Assembly (NCBI GenBank): GCA_023264635.1
Contig: JAHFLT010000001.1
Location: 35,307 to 99,306, forward strand
Source: Candidatus Woesearchaeota archaeon
Lineage (GTDB): Archaea > Nanobdellota > Nanobdellia > Woesearchaeales > JAGVYF01
Direction of reading: 5' to 3'
Length of the DNA stretch: 64,000 nucleotides
Every line of letters begins with the position of its first letter. Position 1 is the stretch's first letter. The notes below the pieces were generated by a model, which made no database searches, was not told the origin of the DNA, and saw only the letters and a list, made by a program, of their open reading frames with translations. Of this stretch, positions 19,680 through 29,178 are shown piece after piece. The translations under genes were made by a program, and so were the position numbers.

Positions 19680-21182
19680 TCATGCAGCATTTTTGGTATA
19701 CTTCGATGTTATTTTTATCATCCTTAGTGTATTCAGGGGATATTTCAAAAAAACCATTACGTTTTGTAGAAGTTTTATTGGATCCTGTATCATCTGCAGT
19801 ACATACAGAGCCCTGACTCTTTTGTAAAAGGTAATTGAAAGAATTTTTAGATCTTCTGGAGTAAAATGTTCTGTCCTTAAAGCGCTCATGCCAAATATTC
19901 TGCCTTTGGTGTATTCTTCATCAACGAGATATCCTTTTGCTTTTGCTAGAGCATACATTTCCGTCCCAATAAGTGGCATTGCGAAATTTACGTGTGGTTT
20001 TACAAAGTATTCTTTCATCATCTTATAGGCAAAGTTCAACGTTTCTTGTATGTTTTCCTTAGTTTCCCCAGGAAAACCAATAATGTAAAATGCACTAAGT
20101 GGAATCTTCAATTCTTTACAGTTTCTTGCAGTCTCAATTACTTTATCTAGTTTAAGCCTCTTCTTGATGACTGTATTCAGGAATTCTTCATTGCCTGATT
20201 CAATGGCAATTCTAAGATGTTTCAAACCTGTGCGTTTTGCTTTCTCAAGAAGACTAAAATTAAGAGCATCTGCACGAACGCCATTTGGTGTATCCCAGCC
20301 AAACGTGAGGTTTTTCTTCAAAACAAGATCAAGAATTTTCTCAAACCTGGGTTGATTAAGGGTCAAATTGTCATCTTCAAAATGGATAAAATCAACATCG
20401 TATTTTTTGATGAGAAGTTCTATATGGGCAACAACATATTCTGGAGAATGATATCTATACTTGTAACCCATTGTTGGGTGTATGGAACAGAATATACACT
20501 CATAAGGACAACCCCTACTTGTTATCATTGTCACTTCTTTCATAGGCTCGTAAAAAACATCATAATATCGAGATCCCCTTCCCGACCTTGCGAGTTCAAA
20601 ATATCTTTTTATATCAACAAGGTGATATGCTGGATATGGTAATGCATCCAAATTCTGTATGTATTCCGAAGGAGTAATTTTTACTTTTCCCTCGTGTATG
20701 TAAGCAACGCCTTTCAGATCACTGAATTTTATCTTCCCCTCATAGAAATCAATGATGTTCGCCAATGTAATTTCACCTTCTCCAACACAGACCATATCTA
20801 TACCGGATGAAGATACCAGGAAATCTTCAGGTTTAGCTGTAGCATGCGGTCCACCAACAATTATTTTCGCTCGAGGGTATCTAGCTTTTATGTATTCTGT
20901 GATACGAAGAGCCCGTTCCATTTGAGTAGAAAATAAATTTGTTACTCCAACGATGTCTGGTTCACACTCTTCGATTACTTTACCGATCGTATCAAATGAT
21001 GCACCAAAATGAGCTATGTTTTCAGTTTTATCGGGATAAAGCAGTGAATCAAAAATTTTAACATCGTGCCCCTTTTTCTCTAGATATGCAGCTATGCTAA
21101 GTGTTCCGAGTGGTATCCCAACCGCTGTATGGGGAAGAGAGTCCATATCCAATTGAGGTGGTCGCAATAAAAGTACTTTCAT
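19680..21182 (-). CDS. B12-binding-domain radical SAM enzyme
   Basis: 500 aa. N-terminal cobalamin-binding-like domain. CPYECIFCS CxxxCxxC radical SAM cluster motif. Confidence 0.75.
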   Translation of the reverse strand: MKVLLLRPPQLDMDSLPHTAVGIPLGTLSIAAYLEKKGHDVKIFDSLLYPDKTENIAHFGASFDTIGKVIEECEPDIVGVTNLFSTQMERALRITEYIKARYPRAKIIVGGPHATAKPEDFLVSSSGIDMVCVGEGEITLANIIDFYEGKIKFSDLKGVAYIHEGKVKITPSEYIQNLDALPYPAYHLVDIKRYFELARSGRGSRYYDVFYEPMKEVTMITSRGCPYECIFCSIHPTMGYKYRYHSPEYVVAHIELLIKKYDVDFIHFEDDNLTLNQPRFEKILDLVLKKNLTFGWDTPNGVRADALNFSLLEKAKRTGLKHLRIAIESGNEEFLNTVIKKRLKLDKVIETARNCKELKIPLSAFYIIGFPGETKENIQETLNFAYKMMKEYFVKPHVNFAMPLIGTEMYALAKAKGYLVDEEYTKGRIFGMSALRTEHFTPEDLKILSITFYKRVRALYVLQMIQDPIKLLQNVMVFLKYPLNTLRMIKITSKYTKNAA

Positions 21183-21363
21183 TTTTTCAATACAAATAAT
21201 ATATGAAGAGAAGATAAAAAGGTGTGTATATAAATTTTTTGTGATTGATGAAATCTAACGGTGAAAGTATAGCAAGCTCATGAAATATTGAACCTGTCAA
21301 ATAGTAAACTTGCTATATAGCAAATTCACAAAAATTGTTTCACTGTTTGGTGGATTGTTCTGT

Positions 21364-23946
21364 CTATTGTACCATCTTCTTTATTACTATTCTAGCTGCG
21401 AGAGACCCTAGCACAATTCCTACTACCAACACAAAAAGGATTATCCAATCACTTGTTGTCAATGCGATGAGTTTAAAATAAGTAGAGAGTGATGTGTACA
21501 AGAGCAAATATTGTAGTAAGACAGCAGCCCCGACCGCCATCAACAGCCACATATTAACAAAGAGAGGAGTAGCATACTCACGCCTAACCATGAACAAGCG
21601 CACAAACTCTCCAAGGATAATCCCCGTGAATGCCATTGTCTGCGCATGCCGAAGGCCATTTGGCAAGTCAATGACAAAGACAGCAAGCGTGCCCAAGCCA
21701 ATAATAAGTCCAACAACAATTAATTCCAGCAGCAAAGGCTTTGGCAATAATGCCTCATGGGGACTGCGTGGTGGCCGTTGCATTACACCCGGACTTGCAG
21801 GATCTACAGCTACAGCCAACGCAGGTAATCCATCCGTTACTAGATTTATCCACAGAAGCTGCACAGCTGTCACCGGCAATGGCAGCCTGGTCAAAGATGC
21901 CACAAAGACCAGTACCACCTCCCCAAAATTACATGATAAGAGAGTATCGATGAATTTTTTGATATTATCATAAATCCGTCTCCCTTCTTGCACTGCATTC
22001 ACAATTGTACTGAAGTTATCATCTGTCAGCACAATGCCAGATGCCTGCTTTGCCACTTCGGTGCCGCGCATGCCCATTGCAATCCCTATATCTGCTTTCT
22101 TAAGTGCTGGTGCATCATTCACCCCATCACCAGTCATAGCCACGATATGGCCAATAGCCTGCAGTGCACTTACAATCCTGATTTTATGGTGAGGCGTGGC
22201 ACGAGCATAAACAGTCACATGACCTGCATGTTTGCGCAATTCTTTATCAGACATTGCCTCAAGCTCTTCTCCAGAAACTGCCTCTCCCGCCATATCCAAG
22301 TCATTAGCTATAGCGGTAGCGGTTGTCTTATTATCGCCAGTTATCATAACAACTTTGATTCCCGCTTGCTTGCAGAGTGCGATAGCTTCCTTTACGCCTT
22401 CCCGCGGTGGATCCATCATCCCCTGTAACCCAACAAAGATAAGGTCATTTTCTATGATTTTGCTAGTCATTGGTTTGTAAGCAAAAGCAAGAACTCGAAG
22501 CGCATGGCTTGCCATGGTATTTTCATGCTGTACCACTTTTGCTTTTATGTTCTTTGTCAACGGCATTACCTTTCCATTCCCAACATAACGGCTACACTTC
22601 GCCAAAACAGCATCGACAGAACCCTTGGTATATGCCTCTGTCCCATGCTTCGTTTGATGAACAGTCGTCATCATGGCTCGTGTAGAAGTAAATGACACAA
22701 CATTCGTTCTCTTATAATCATGAGCAAGTTTCTTTGTTCCTAATCCTCCTTTTGTTGCGCTGACGAGCAATGCAACTTCAGTTGGATCACCAATCATTTC
22801 CCCATTTGCTATTGTCGCATCGTTGCACAAAGCTCCAATACGCAATAATAATTCAATATCTGGATGATTACCTTTCTCTGTGAAACCTGCAGCGGTAAGA
22901 TGTACGACTACATCGTCTACGGACAATTGTACAACAGTCATCTCATTCTTTGTCAGCGTTCCGGTCTTATCAGAGCATATAGCAGTACATGAGCCAAGCG
23001 CTTCCACTGCAGGCAACCTCCTAACAAGTGCTTTTTGCTGCATCATCCTAAATATGCCTGTTGCAAGTGCAATTGTGACAACAGCCGGCAACCCTTCAGG
23101 TATGGCTGCAACAGCCAGACTCAAAGATTCGAGAAATGCATCAATTACGCGCAAACCATCCAGCATTTCTGTCACAAATATGACTCCACACAGAAGCAGA
23201 ATTCCCTTGCCAAGCAGTTTCCCAAAATGCTCCAGTCGTTTCTGCAGTGGCGTCTGCTCTATTACTACTGTCTCAAGCATTTTGGATATCTTTCCCAGTT
23301 CAGTTATCAACCCCGTTGCAATCACCACGCCAGTTGCTGAGCCACGCGTCACAAGAGTCCCGGAAAATGCCATATTTTTCTGAGCAGTAACAAGCGCACC
23401 ACTGTTTACTCCTAAGGTCATTTTGCTGATGGGTGCTGACTCCCCGGTCAGCAATGCTTCACTCACTTGGAGGTCATAAACTTCAATTAGTCGCATATCT
23501 GCTGCAATGCTATCCCCTTCTGCCAATACAACAATGTCCCCAGGCACCAGCTCGAGAGAAGATATTGTATGTTTACTACCATTGCGGACAACAACTGCGC
23601 TCGGTGTCAATAACTTTTCAAGCGCTTCCAGAGAGCGTTCTGCTTTGTATTCCTGAAAGAATCCAAAAATTGCATTGAAGATAACGATAAGCAGAATCAG
23701 CAATGCGTCAAAGCGTTCTCCAACAAAAAAAGAGATTATTGCTGCACCAATGAGAATAAGCACTAGGGGGTCAGTGAATTGGTCAAGGAACAGCATCCAT
23801 GAGCTTGCCTGTTTGCGTTTGGGGAGTGCATTAGGTCCATAAGTACCTAGTCTTGATGTGGCTTCTTTTTCTGTCAAACCGTCTTTTTTTGTCTTCAAGG
23901 CAGCAAGCACCGCCTTGGGAGACATTGTGTAGTACTCCATATGCAC
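21364..23946 (-). CDS. P-type cation-transporting ATPase (Ca2+/P2-type-like)
   Basis: 860 aa. DKTGTLT phosphorylation motif. TGDGVNDAPALKKADIGIAMG hinge motif. Multiple transmembrane helices. Confidence 0.88.
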   Translation of the reverse strand: MHMEYYTMSPKAVLAALKTKKDGLTEKEATSRLGTYGPNALPKRKQASSWMLFLDQFTDPLVLILIGAAIISFFVGERFDALLILLIVIFNAIFGFFQEYKAERSLEALEKLLTPSAVVVRNGSKHTISSLELVPGDIVVLAEGDSIAADMRLIEVYDLQVSEALLTGESAPISKMTLGVNSGALVTAQKNMAFSGTLVTRGSATGVVIATGLITELGKISKMLETVVIEQTPLQKRLEHFGKLLGKGILLLCGVIFVTEMLDGLRVIDAFLESLSLAVAAIPEGLPAVVTIALATGIFRMMQQKALVRRLPAVEALGSCTAICSDKTGTLTKNEMTVVQLSVDDVVVHLTAAGFTEKGNHPDIELLLRIGALCNDATIANGEMIGDPTEVALLVSATKGGLGTKKLAHDYKRTNVVSFTSTRAMMTTVHQTKHGTEAYTKGSVDAVLAKCSRYVGNGKVMPLTKNIKAKVVQHENTMASHALRVLAFAYKPMTSKIIENDLIFVGLQGMMDPPREGVKEAIALCKQAGIKVVMITGDNKTTATAIANDLDMAGEAVSGEELEAMSDKELRKHAGHVTVYARATPHHKIRIVSALQAIGHIVAMTGDGVNDAPALKKADIGIAMGMRGTEVAKQASGIVLTDDNFSTIVNAVQEGRRIYDNIKKFIDTLLSCNFGEVVLVFVASLTRLPLPVTAVQLLWINLVTDGLPALAVAVDPASPGVMQRPPRSPHEALLPKPLLLELIVVGLIIGLGTLAVFVIDLPNGLRHAQTMAFTGIILGEFVRLFMVRREYATPLFVNMWLLMAVGAAVLLQYLLLYTSLSTYFKLIALTTSDWIILFVLVVGIVLGSLAARIVIKKMVQ

Positions 23947-24104
23947 TCTTATTCCCTACTCATTCCCATTCTCCATTATGTCTCTTCCGCTATTATATTT
24001 TCCAGGGGATAGTATTTTATCTCTTACTATGAAAACACCTATTTGAATGTTATGCCCAATATAGCATATTTTTTTAAAGCTGCAGAATAATATAATTCCC
24101 TTAT

Positions 24105-26561
24105 ATGATTCCTGTGAAGGTAATGGATTATAAGGTTCCGGTAGAAAAGTTACGTATAGAGGTCGACAAACAAGAATTCGGACTTAAAGGCCAGACGACC
24201 AGCGTACTACCAGTACCGAAAGGACTGGAAGTTGTGGTAGGTAATGAAGAAGCAATCAGCACAGTCCTCAGAGGATTAGAGGACAAAAGTCCGACAACAA
24301 ACATCATTATCACCGGAGATCCTGGCGTGGGAAAAAGCCTTTTGACGAATATACTTCTGGAAGATTATTGTAAAAAGCAGCCGAACGATCATCTGACAGA
24401 TAAAGTCGTGTTCTATAATTTCAAGCACGAGAAACAACCGATTATTGCGGAATTGCCGAAGGGGACTGCTTATCAGTTTGCAAAATCAGTAGATGATACG
24501 TTGTCGCAACTGGTAATTGAAGCAATGACTATTGGGCAGAATTACATGATAAAAAAGAACGTAAGCCAAGTCAAGTATAGGATTATGGAGAAGAAAGTTA
24601 TCGATGACCTTGAGAAGAAGTACAAAATTCCAAAGAAACCAATACTGGATAAAAATAATCAGCAGAGAGTAGACAAAAACGGTCAGCCACTCTCAGAGTA
24701 TGATCCAAAAACCCAACAGGATTGTGATAACCTTGTGCAAATGCTGCATGATTTGTCGATTGTACAATCCACCAACGATACTGCTTGCAAGAAAGAGTCA
24801 CGAACATTAACATCCCAAAAAAAGAAAGAGTTTGGCAGCTGTATGGGAAAAGCATTAAAAGAACTCCATACAGCATATGGACAGAACCTTCTCATTAAAG
24901 AGTACCTGGATGATTTCGTAATCAACGCAAAAGAGGATTTTGACCTATTTTTGGGGGAGGGACTAAGTAAAGATGCCCCACAAAATGATTACGGAATAGA
25001 AAAATACCGTGTCAATGTTGTCGTGGACCATACGCATACAATAGGCATTCCTTACGCAAAGATAGAGCGTCCTGATGAGCGAACATTACTCGGAGAAATA
25101 AAGGGAGACAACCTTAACGAGGAAAGCAAACCACCACAGTTCTGTGTGGATATAGGAAAAATGATAGAATGCGATGGAGGCATTGTTTTTCTTGATGAAA
25201 AATTCACAGGCATATTTCGGCATGGGCTGGGGCTTGAGCAGAGACTCCTGACTATTTTGGAAGAACGAAAGGCACGCGTGAGTGGAAACCAGAATTACTT
25301 ACTTCCAACACAGCAGATAGAGACTAGTGAAGTCAGCGCACAGACGAAGATTGTGGCATGCATGAACTTACCAGATTACTATATTTGCCAAGATTATTTT
25401 CCCCAGTTAATGGAGCGTTTTGCATACAAAGCGCATTTCCAGAGCAGGATGGAGAACAACGTAAAGCACAGAAAACAGGTTGTATCCTTTGTTGCCACCG
25501 AAATAAGGGCACACAACGAAAATGAAAAAATAAAGGTTCCACATTTTTCTGAAGATGGCTTAGCTGCACTGCTTGAGCATATGTCTCGTCAGGAGAATCA
25601 GCATTATTTGACAACACGACTGCGCACAATAAGACAGCTCCTTTTCTCTGCAGCAGAGCTTGCACGGCAAGAGAATAAGCCTGCTATTGAACGTCAGCAT
25701 GTGCTTGCTGCACGGGAGCTGCAAAACAAAGGATGCACATTGTATAAAATAGAGCAAGATATACTAGCAGGATTCGGCGTTGATGGGAGAGTACTACTGC
25801 TTACAACTGGTGAGAAAACCGGTCAAATAAACGGACTACTCTATTACAGCATCAACGCAGAAAACTATGCATTTGGCAGCTCGCAAAGGTACCGTTTTGT
25901 AATCAAACCAGGCTATTATGGCAGGGGATTGAAATTCACCGACATAGAGAAAGCATCTGACTTAACCGGACCAACTCATAACAAAGGAGTAGAACTGTTA
26001 AAATCATTCTACAACAACCTAACTAATGAGCTGCGTGAACGGAAGATGATTTCAGGTTTAGCACCTGGATTAGAGGTTGACATGTCAGTACCAGAAAGTT
26101 GGAGCGGGAGGGATGGACCTTCTGCGACAGCTGCACAAGCATATGCATTCTTATCTGAACTAACTGGAATCCCCATAAAGCAGGGAATTGCTGTTACTGG
26201 TGCAATGGGTCCTGATGGTGAAGTGACTCTTGTTGGAGGCTTAAATGAAAAGATAGAAGGCTGGTACAAGATTCTGGCAAAGAGAGGCCATCTTGGGAAA
26301 GAGGCTGGTGTAATGATTCCGGCTGCCAACATACTGGAGTGTAATCTTTCTGATGACTGTATCAAGGCAGTGAAGAAGGGGGAATTCTCAGTCTATTATC
26401 ACAAGGATATTAGAACTGGTGTTGAAGTAATACTGGGTAAGAGTTGGGATGACGTGCTACAGGGTATCAAGAATACGTTCGACAAGTGGGAGAAAATGCT
26501 GGAAGAAGATGAAGTGAAACGTGCTAAAAGGAAAAAGGAGATAAAAGCAGCATTACCGTAA
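24105..26561 (+). CDS. Second soluble LonB-like AAA+ serine protease paralog with about 300-aa insertion between Walker A and B
   Basis: Walker A GDPGVGKS, Walker B GGIVFLDE. Lon protease domain GRDGPSATAA and GGLNEKIEG. Insert is hydrophilic and unrelated in sequence to the first paralog insert. Confidence 0.75.
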   Translation: MIPVKVMDYKVPVEKLRIEVDKQEFGLKGQTTSVLPVPKGLEVVVGNEEAISTVLRGLEDKSPTTNIIITGDPGVGKSLLTNILLEDYCKKQPNDHLTDKVVFYNFKHEKQPIIAELPKGTAYQFAKSVDDTLSQLVIEAMTIGQNYMIKKNVSQVKYRIMEKKVIDDLEKKYKIPKKPILDKNNQQRVDKNGQPLSEYDPKTQQDCDNLVQMLHDLSIVQSTNDTACKKESRTLTSQKKKEFGSCMGKALKELHTAYGQNLLIKEYLDDFVINAKEDFDLFLGEGLSKDAPQNDYGIEKYRVNVVVDHTHTIGIPYAKIERPDERTLLGEIKGDNLNEESKPPQFCVDIGKMIECDGGIVFLDEKFTGIFRHGLGLEQRLLTILEERKARVSGNQNYLLPTQQIETSEVSAQTKIVACMNLPDYYICQDYFPQLMERFAYKAHFQSRMENNVKHRKQVVSFVATEIRAHNENEKIKVPHFSEDGLAALLEHMSRQENQHYLTTRLRTIRQLLFSAAELARQENKPAIERQHVLAARELQNKGCTLYKIEQDILAGFGVDGRVLLLTTGEKTGQINGLLYYSINAENYAFGSSQRYRFVIKPGYYGRGLKFTDIEKASDLTGPTHNKGVELLKSFYNNLTNELRERKMISGLAPGLEVDMSVPESWSGRDGPSATAAQAYAFLSELTGIPIKQGIAVTGAMGPDGEVTLVGGLNEKIEGWYKILAKRGHLGKEAGVMIPAANILECNLSDDCIKAVKKGEFSVYYHKDIRTGVEVILGKSWDDVLQGIKNTFDKWEKMLEEDEVKRAKRKKEIKAALP

Positions 26562-26753
26562 TGATTCTTTGCGTAGAAGGAAATGATACCCTGCGAAATA
26601 ATCATCATCTTCCCATTCCTGTGCATGTTCAGCATATACAGAATTTTCCATTTCCAGACGGGCAAAACAAATTGAGCATAAGAACATCAAGCTTTCCTCA
26701 AATGCAACTTCTTGGATCGCCTGCCTGCGGCGGCAAACCTGGCAGTTACGCAT
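26553..26753 (-). CDS. Possible small zinc-ribbon protein (CxxC...CxxC)
   Basis: Listed ORF 26553..26810 takes its first codons from the IS terminus. Internal Met at 26753 gives a 66-aa CQVC...CSIC protein. Weak support. Confidence 0.2.
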   Translation of the reverse strand: MRNCQVCRRRQAIQEVAFEESLMFLCSICFARLEMENSVYAEHAQEWEDDDYFAGYHFLLRKESLR

Positions 26754-26798
26754 TTTTCTTACTAGTGGAATGTTGCTTTTAAGGTTTTCTACAGCTTT

Positions 26799-27981
26799 GG
26801 CTCCATCCAAAAATAGATTAACTTCCGAGTTCTAAGTAAAATAAAATGGGCAAGCCGAATATTCGGCTCAACCCACAAGTAGAATCGGTTCGTAACCGAA
26901 TTCTGCTCAATAAGGCCACTGAGATTCTTCTCTCTTGCGCCTTGTTGCTTCCCGAACCTTCTCACGTGGGTAAGGGAAGAATACCATACGATTACCGCGT
27001 CGTATTGGTATTATGTATACTCCGTATCCTGCTCCGCAAGAGTTATGCGGACTATGAAACGGAGATGCGGTCAGATAAGAGGTTGCATGAGATGTTAAAA
27101 ATTGACAAGCTACCATGTAAAAGCACCGTCAATAATTATGCATCTCAATTTACGTTGACCTTCTTATCCGAGTTCAACAAGAAGCTTATAGACAACTGGA
27201 TTAAAAAACCTGTCGATTTGCTTCTTGATGCTTCAGGCATTAGGCTAGTGGGCAGAAGCATCTGGTTCTGCCTCAAAACCAGACAAAAGATTCAGAAGAA
27301 AGACTGCGATAAAATACACATAGCAGTAAGTTTATGCAGCTTACTTATAGTTAACTTCAGAATCTCTAATTCTAATAGGAATGACTCACCATTCCTCAGA
27401 AAACTTCTTAGGCCATTTAGTTCTTTGGGTTTATTTCTCGTCGATAAAGGTTACAGCAACGAAACAAATGCCAATTTTGTGGCAAATAAAAAAGGTGCAT
27501 TCTTTTCACCATTTAAGGTGAATGCAAGACCTTCGGCATTTAGTCTTTGGAAAAAACTATACACACTATGGGAAACCTTCCATAGTCTTTGTGAAGGGAT
27601 TTATCACCAAAGATCCAAAGTGGAAGCTGTTTTTTCCGCATTGAAAAATAGGTATGAAGACCAGCTTTACTCGACGAGATGGTACATGATGAGACGGGAA
27701 ATGGCAATGCGGTTTATTGCCTATAACGTGAGAATTATTGTGGGAATACAAATAGCAAGAGAGAAGAACATACCTTTGTGGGTTAGAGCCTAAAAAAACG
27801 GTTTCTGCCAAGAAAACGTCATAGCGATAGCTCTATTCATTTTGCCGTTACTGGCGCCGTACAGGCAGGAATTGTCCCTTCGGAAATGCTTGCGAGACTT
27901 TTCTACCAGAAAATCCATCGATTACCTATTGCAACGGCAAAACCTTTAACGAAGGTTAGAACTCATTTTCTGGATGGAGCC
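26799..27981 (+). mobile_element. Insertion sequence (DDE transposase, IS4/IS5-superfamily-like) with terminal inverted repeats and target-site duplication
   Basis: Left terminus GGCTCCATCCAAAAAT (26799-26814). Right terminus reverse-complements to GGCTCCATCCAGAAAAT (27965-27981). Flanking direct repeat CTACAGCTTT at 26789-26798 and 27981/27982-27990 (one-base ambiguity). Single transposase ORF inside. Confidence 0.8.
26846..27793 (+). CDS. DDE-type transposase
   Basis: 315 aa. Candidate catalytic residues in LLLDASGIRL, FLVDKGYSNE and VEAVFSALKNRYED. Typical DDE_Tnp_1 arrangement. Confidence 0.8.
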   Translation: MGKPNIRLNPQVESVRNRILLNKATEILLSCALLLPEPSHVGKGRIPYDYRVVLVLCILRILLRKSYADYETEMRSDKRLHEMLKIDKLPCKSTVNNYASQFTLTFLSEFNKKLIDNWIKKPVDLLLDASGIRLVGRSIWFCLKTRQKIQKKDCDKIHIAVSLCSLLIVNFRISNSNRNDSPFLRKLLRPFSSLGLFLVDKGYSNETNANFVANKKGAFFSPFKVNARPSAFSLWKKLYTLWETFHSLCEGIYHQRSKVEAVFSALKNRYEDQLYSTRWYMMRREMAMRFIAYNVRIIVGIQIAREKNIPLWVRA

Positions 27982-28132
27982 TACAGCTTTTTTGTGGGTT
28001 TGCCTTCAGTTCGTTCCGCTTGCAACGGTGAACCCCGGAAAAGACTGAACCGACGTTCTCTGTGTTGAACACAGATGCTTTTTCTTATACCCTCATGAGG
28101 CGTAGACTCCTTCGTTTTTTCCCATACCGAAG

Positions 28133-28396
28133 TTACTTCAGCAAACTCTCAACGCTCTTTCCATCAATCTCATTGAAGTATTTTCGTCCCAAAATCTCAT
28201 AATATACCTCAGGAATTCCGTTGTTGTTGAGATCTTTTCGTTGCAGGACATACCCATATTTTGCTCTCTCTTTCTCTTCCTCATCTTTGGAAAAGAGACG
28301 CTGGTTTTCTAAGTGGACAAGAGATATAAGAATTCCACCCGCTAATGTAAAACCCGCTAAAACATACATTCCTTCAGACACGTTCATAATTATCAC
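28133..28396 (-). CDS. Small membrane protein
   Basis: 87 aa. VLAGFTLAGGILISLV transmembrane segment then charged tail. Confidence 0.3.
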   Translation of the reverse strand: MIIMNVSEGMYVLAGFTLAGGILISLVHLENQRLFSKDEEEKERAKYGYVLQRKDLNNNGIPEVYYEILGRKYFNEIDGKSVESLLK

Positions 28397-28526
28397 CTTT
28401 TCTATTTCAATTCTTCAATTTCCCGGAATCAAAACTGCAACGAAGTCGTAGTGATTCTCTCATTTTTTTCACAGGTTTTTTTTCGTTGAGTCAAGCCAAT
28501 GGCGAAGACAAAACCAAAAAAAAAGC

Positions 28527-28631
28527 CGGGGTGGATGGGATTTGAACCCATGACAAACCGCGCATGGAAGGAAAGCTTCCACACTTCACGGGCTTCAGCC
28601 GTGTGCTCTCCCAGGCTGTAGCTACCACCCC
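28527..28631 (-). tRNA. tRNA-Phe (GAA) with about 30-nt intron-like insertion between anticodon arm and T arm
   Basis: Reverse strand folds as acceptor GGGGTGG/CCACCCC, D arm GCT..AGC, anticodon stem CACGG/CCGTG with loop CTGAAGC, and T arm ATGGG-TTCAAAT-CCCAT. About 35 nt separate the anticodon stem from the T stem instead of about 5. Confidence 0.65.
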
Positions 28632-28656
28632 GTGTACTGTCTCGAGGCGCAATCAC

Positions 28657-29178
28657 CTATGGATTTTTAATTCTTTTGCTCAATATGTCATCCAGATAGT
28701 GTGCTCGTGCCTTTGCTTCATCTTCATATTGCAGCAGGCTCATCGGGGCAAGCAGAACATCTCTGTATGTGCTTGGAATGATCCAGAGCATCAGAAGGCT
28801 TGTGACAGTAGTTGGTATCAAAGGTGCTCCACTCAGATAAGTAATAATCCCCAATAATCCTGTGAAGAAAACACTTTGCTTATGGACAAAGCCAATGAAG
28901 TCCTGCTTTGTCAACAGAGGCAGAGCAAGAAGGTACATCAACTCATTTTTCGTGGTATCTTCTTTGCTTTGGAAGGGAATGCAGCTCCTCCAGGTGTACT
29001 GCTTATCACGCTCTTGGTTAAATAAATGATCAACTGTGGCAGAGAGTGTCGTCTCACCAGTATATACACTTTTGATAAGCTGGCTTGGTGAAGATGGAGA
29101 GAGATAAGTATTTACCTTCACCTCGAGTTGTTCATCTTTTGCATCTTCCAGTTTTTTCAACGCAAGGTATAAGCTCAT
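28657..29178 (-). CDS. Hypothetical membrane protein
   Basis: 173 aa. Hydrophobic stretch VFFTGLLGIITYLSGAPLIPTTVTSLLMLWII. 4-bp overlap with upstream gene. Confidence 0.45.
   Translation of the reverse strand: MSLYLALKKLEDAKDEQLEVKVNTYLSPSSPSQLIKSVYTGETTLSATVDHLFNQERDKQYTWRSCIPFQSKEDTTKNELMYLLALPLLTKQDFIGFVHKQSVFFTGLLGIITYLSGAPLIPTTVTSLLMLWIIPSTYRDVLLAPMSLLQYEDEAKARAHYLDDILSKRIKNP

Noticed and set aside
26553-26810. Interpretation that the IS disrupted a pre-existing gene on the minus strand
   Set aside because: Reconstructing the empty site places an in-frame stop just upstream. The apparent ORF start is supplied by the IS terminus. Only a weak internal-start zinc-ribbon ORF remains.
28429-28656. 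ORF 28429..28656 (minus)
   Set aside because: Coincides with tRNA-Phe and its flank.
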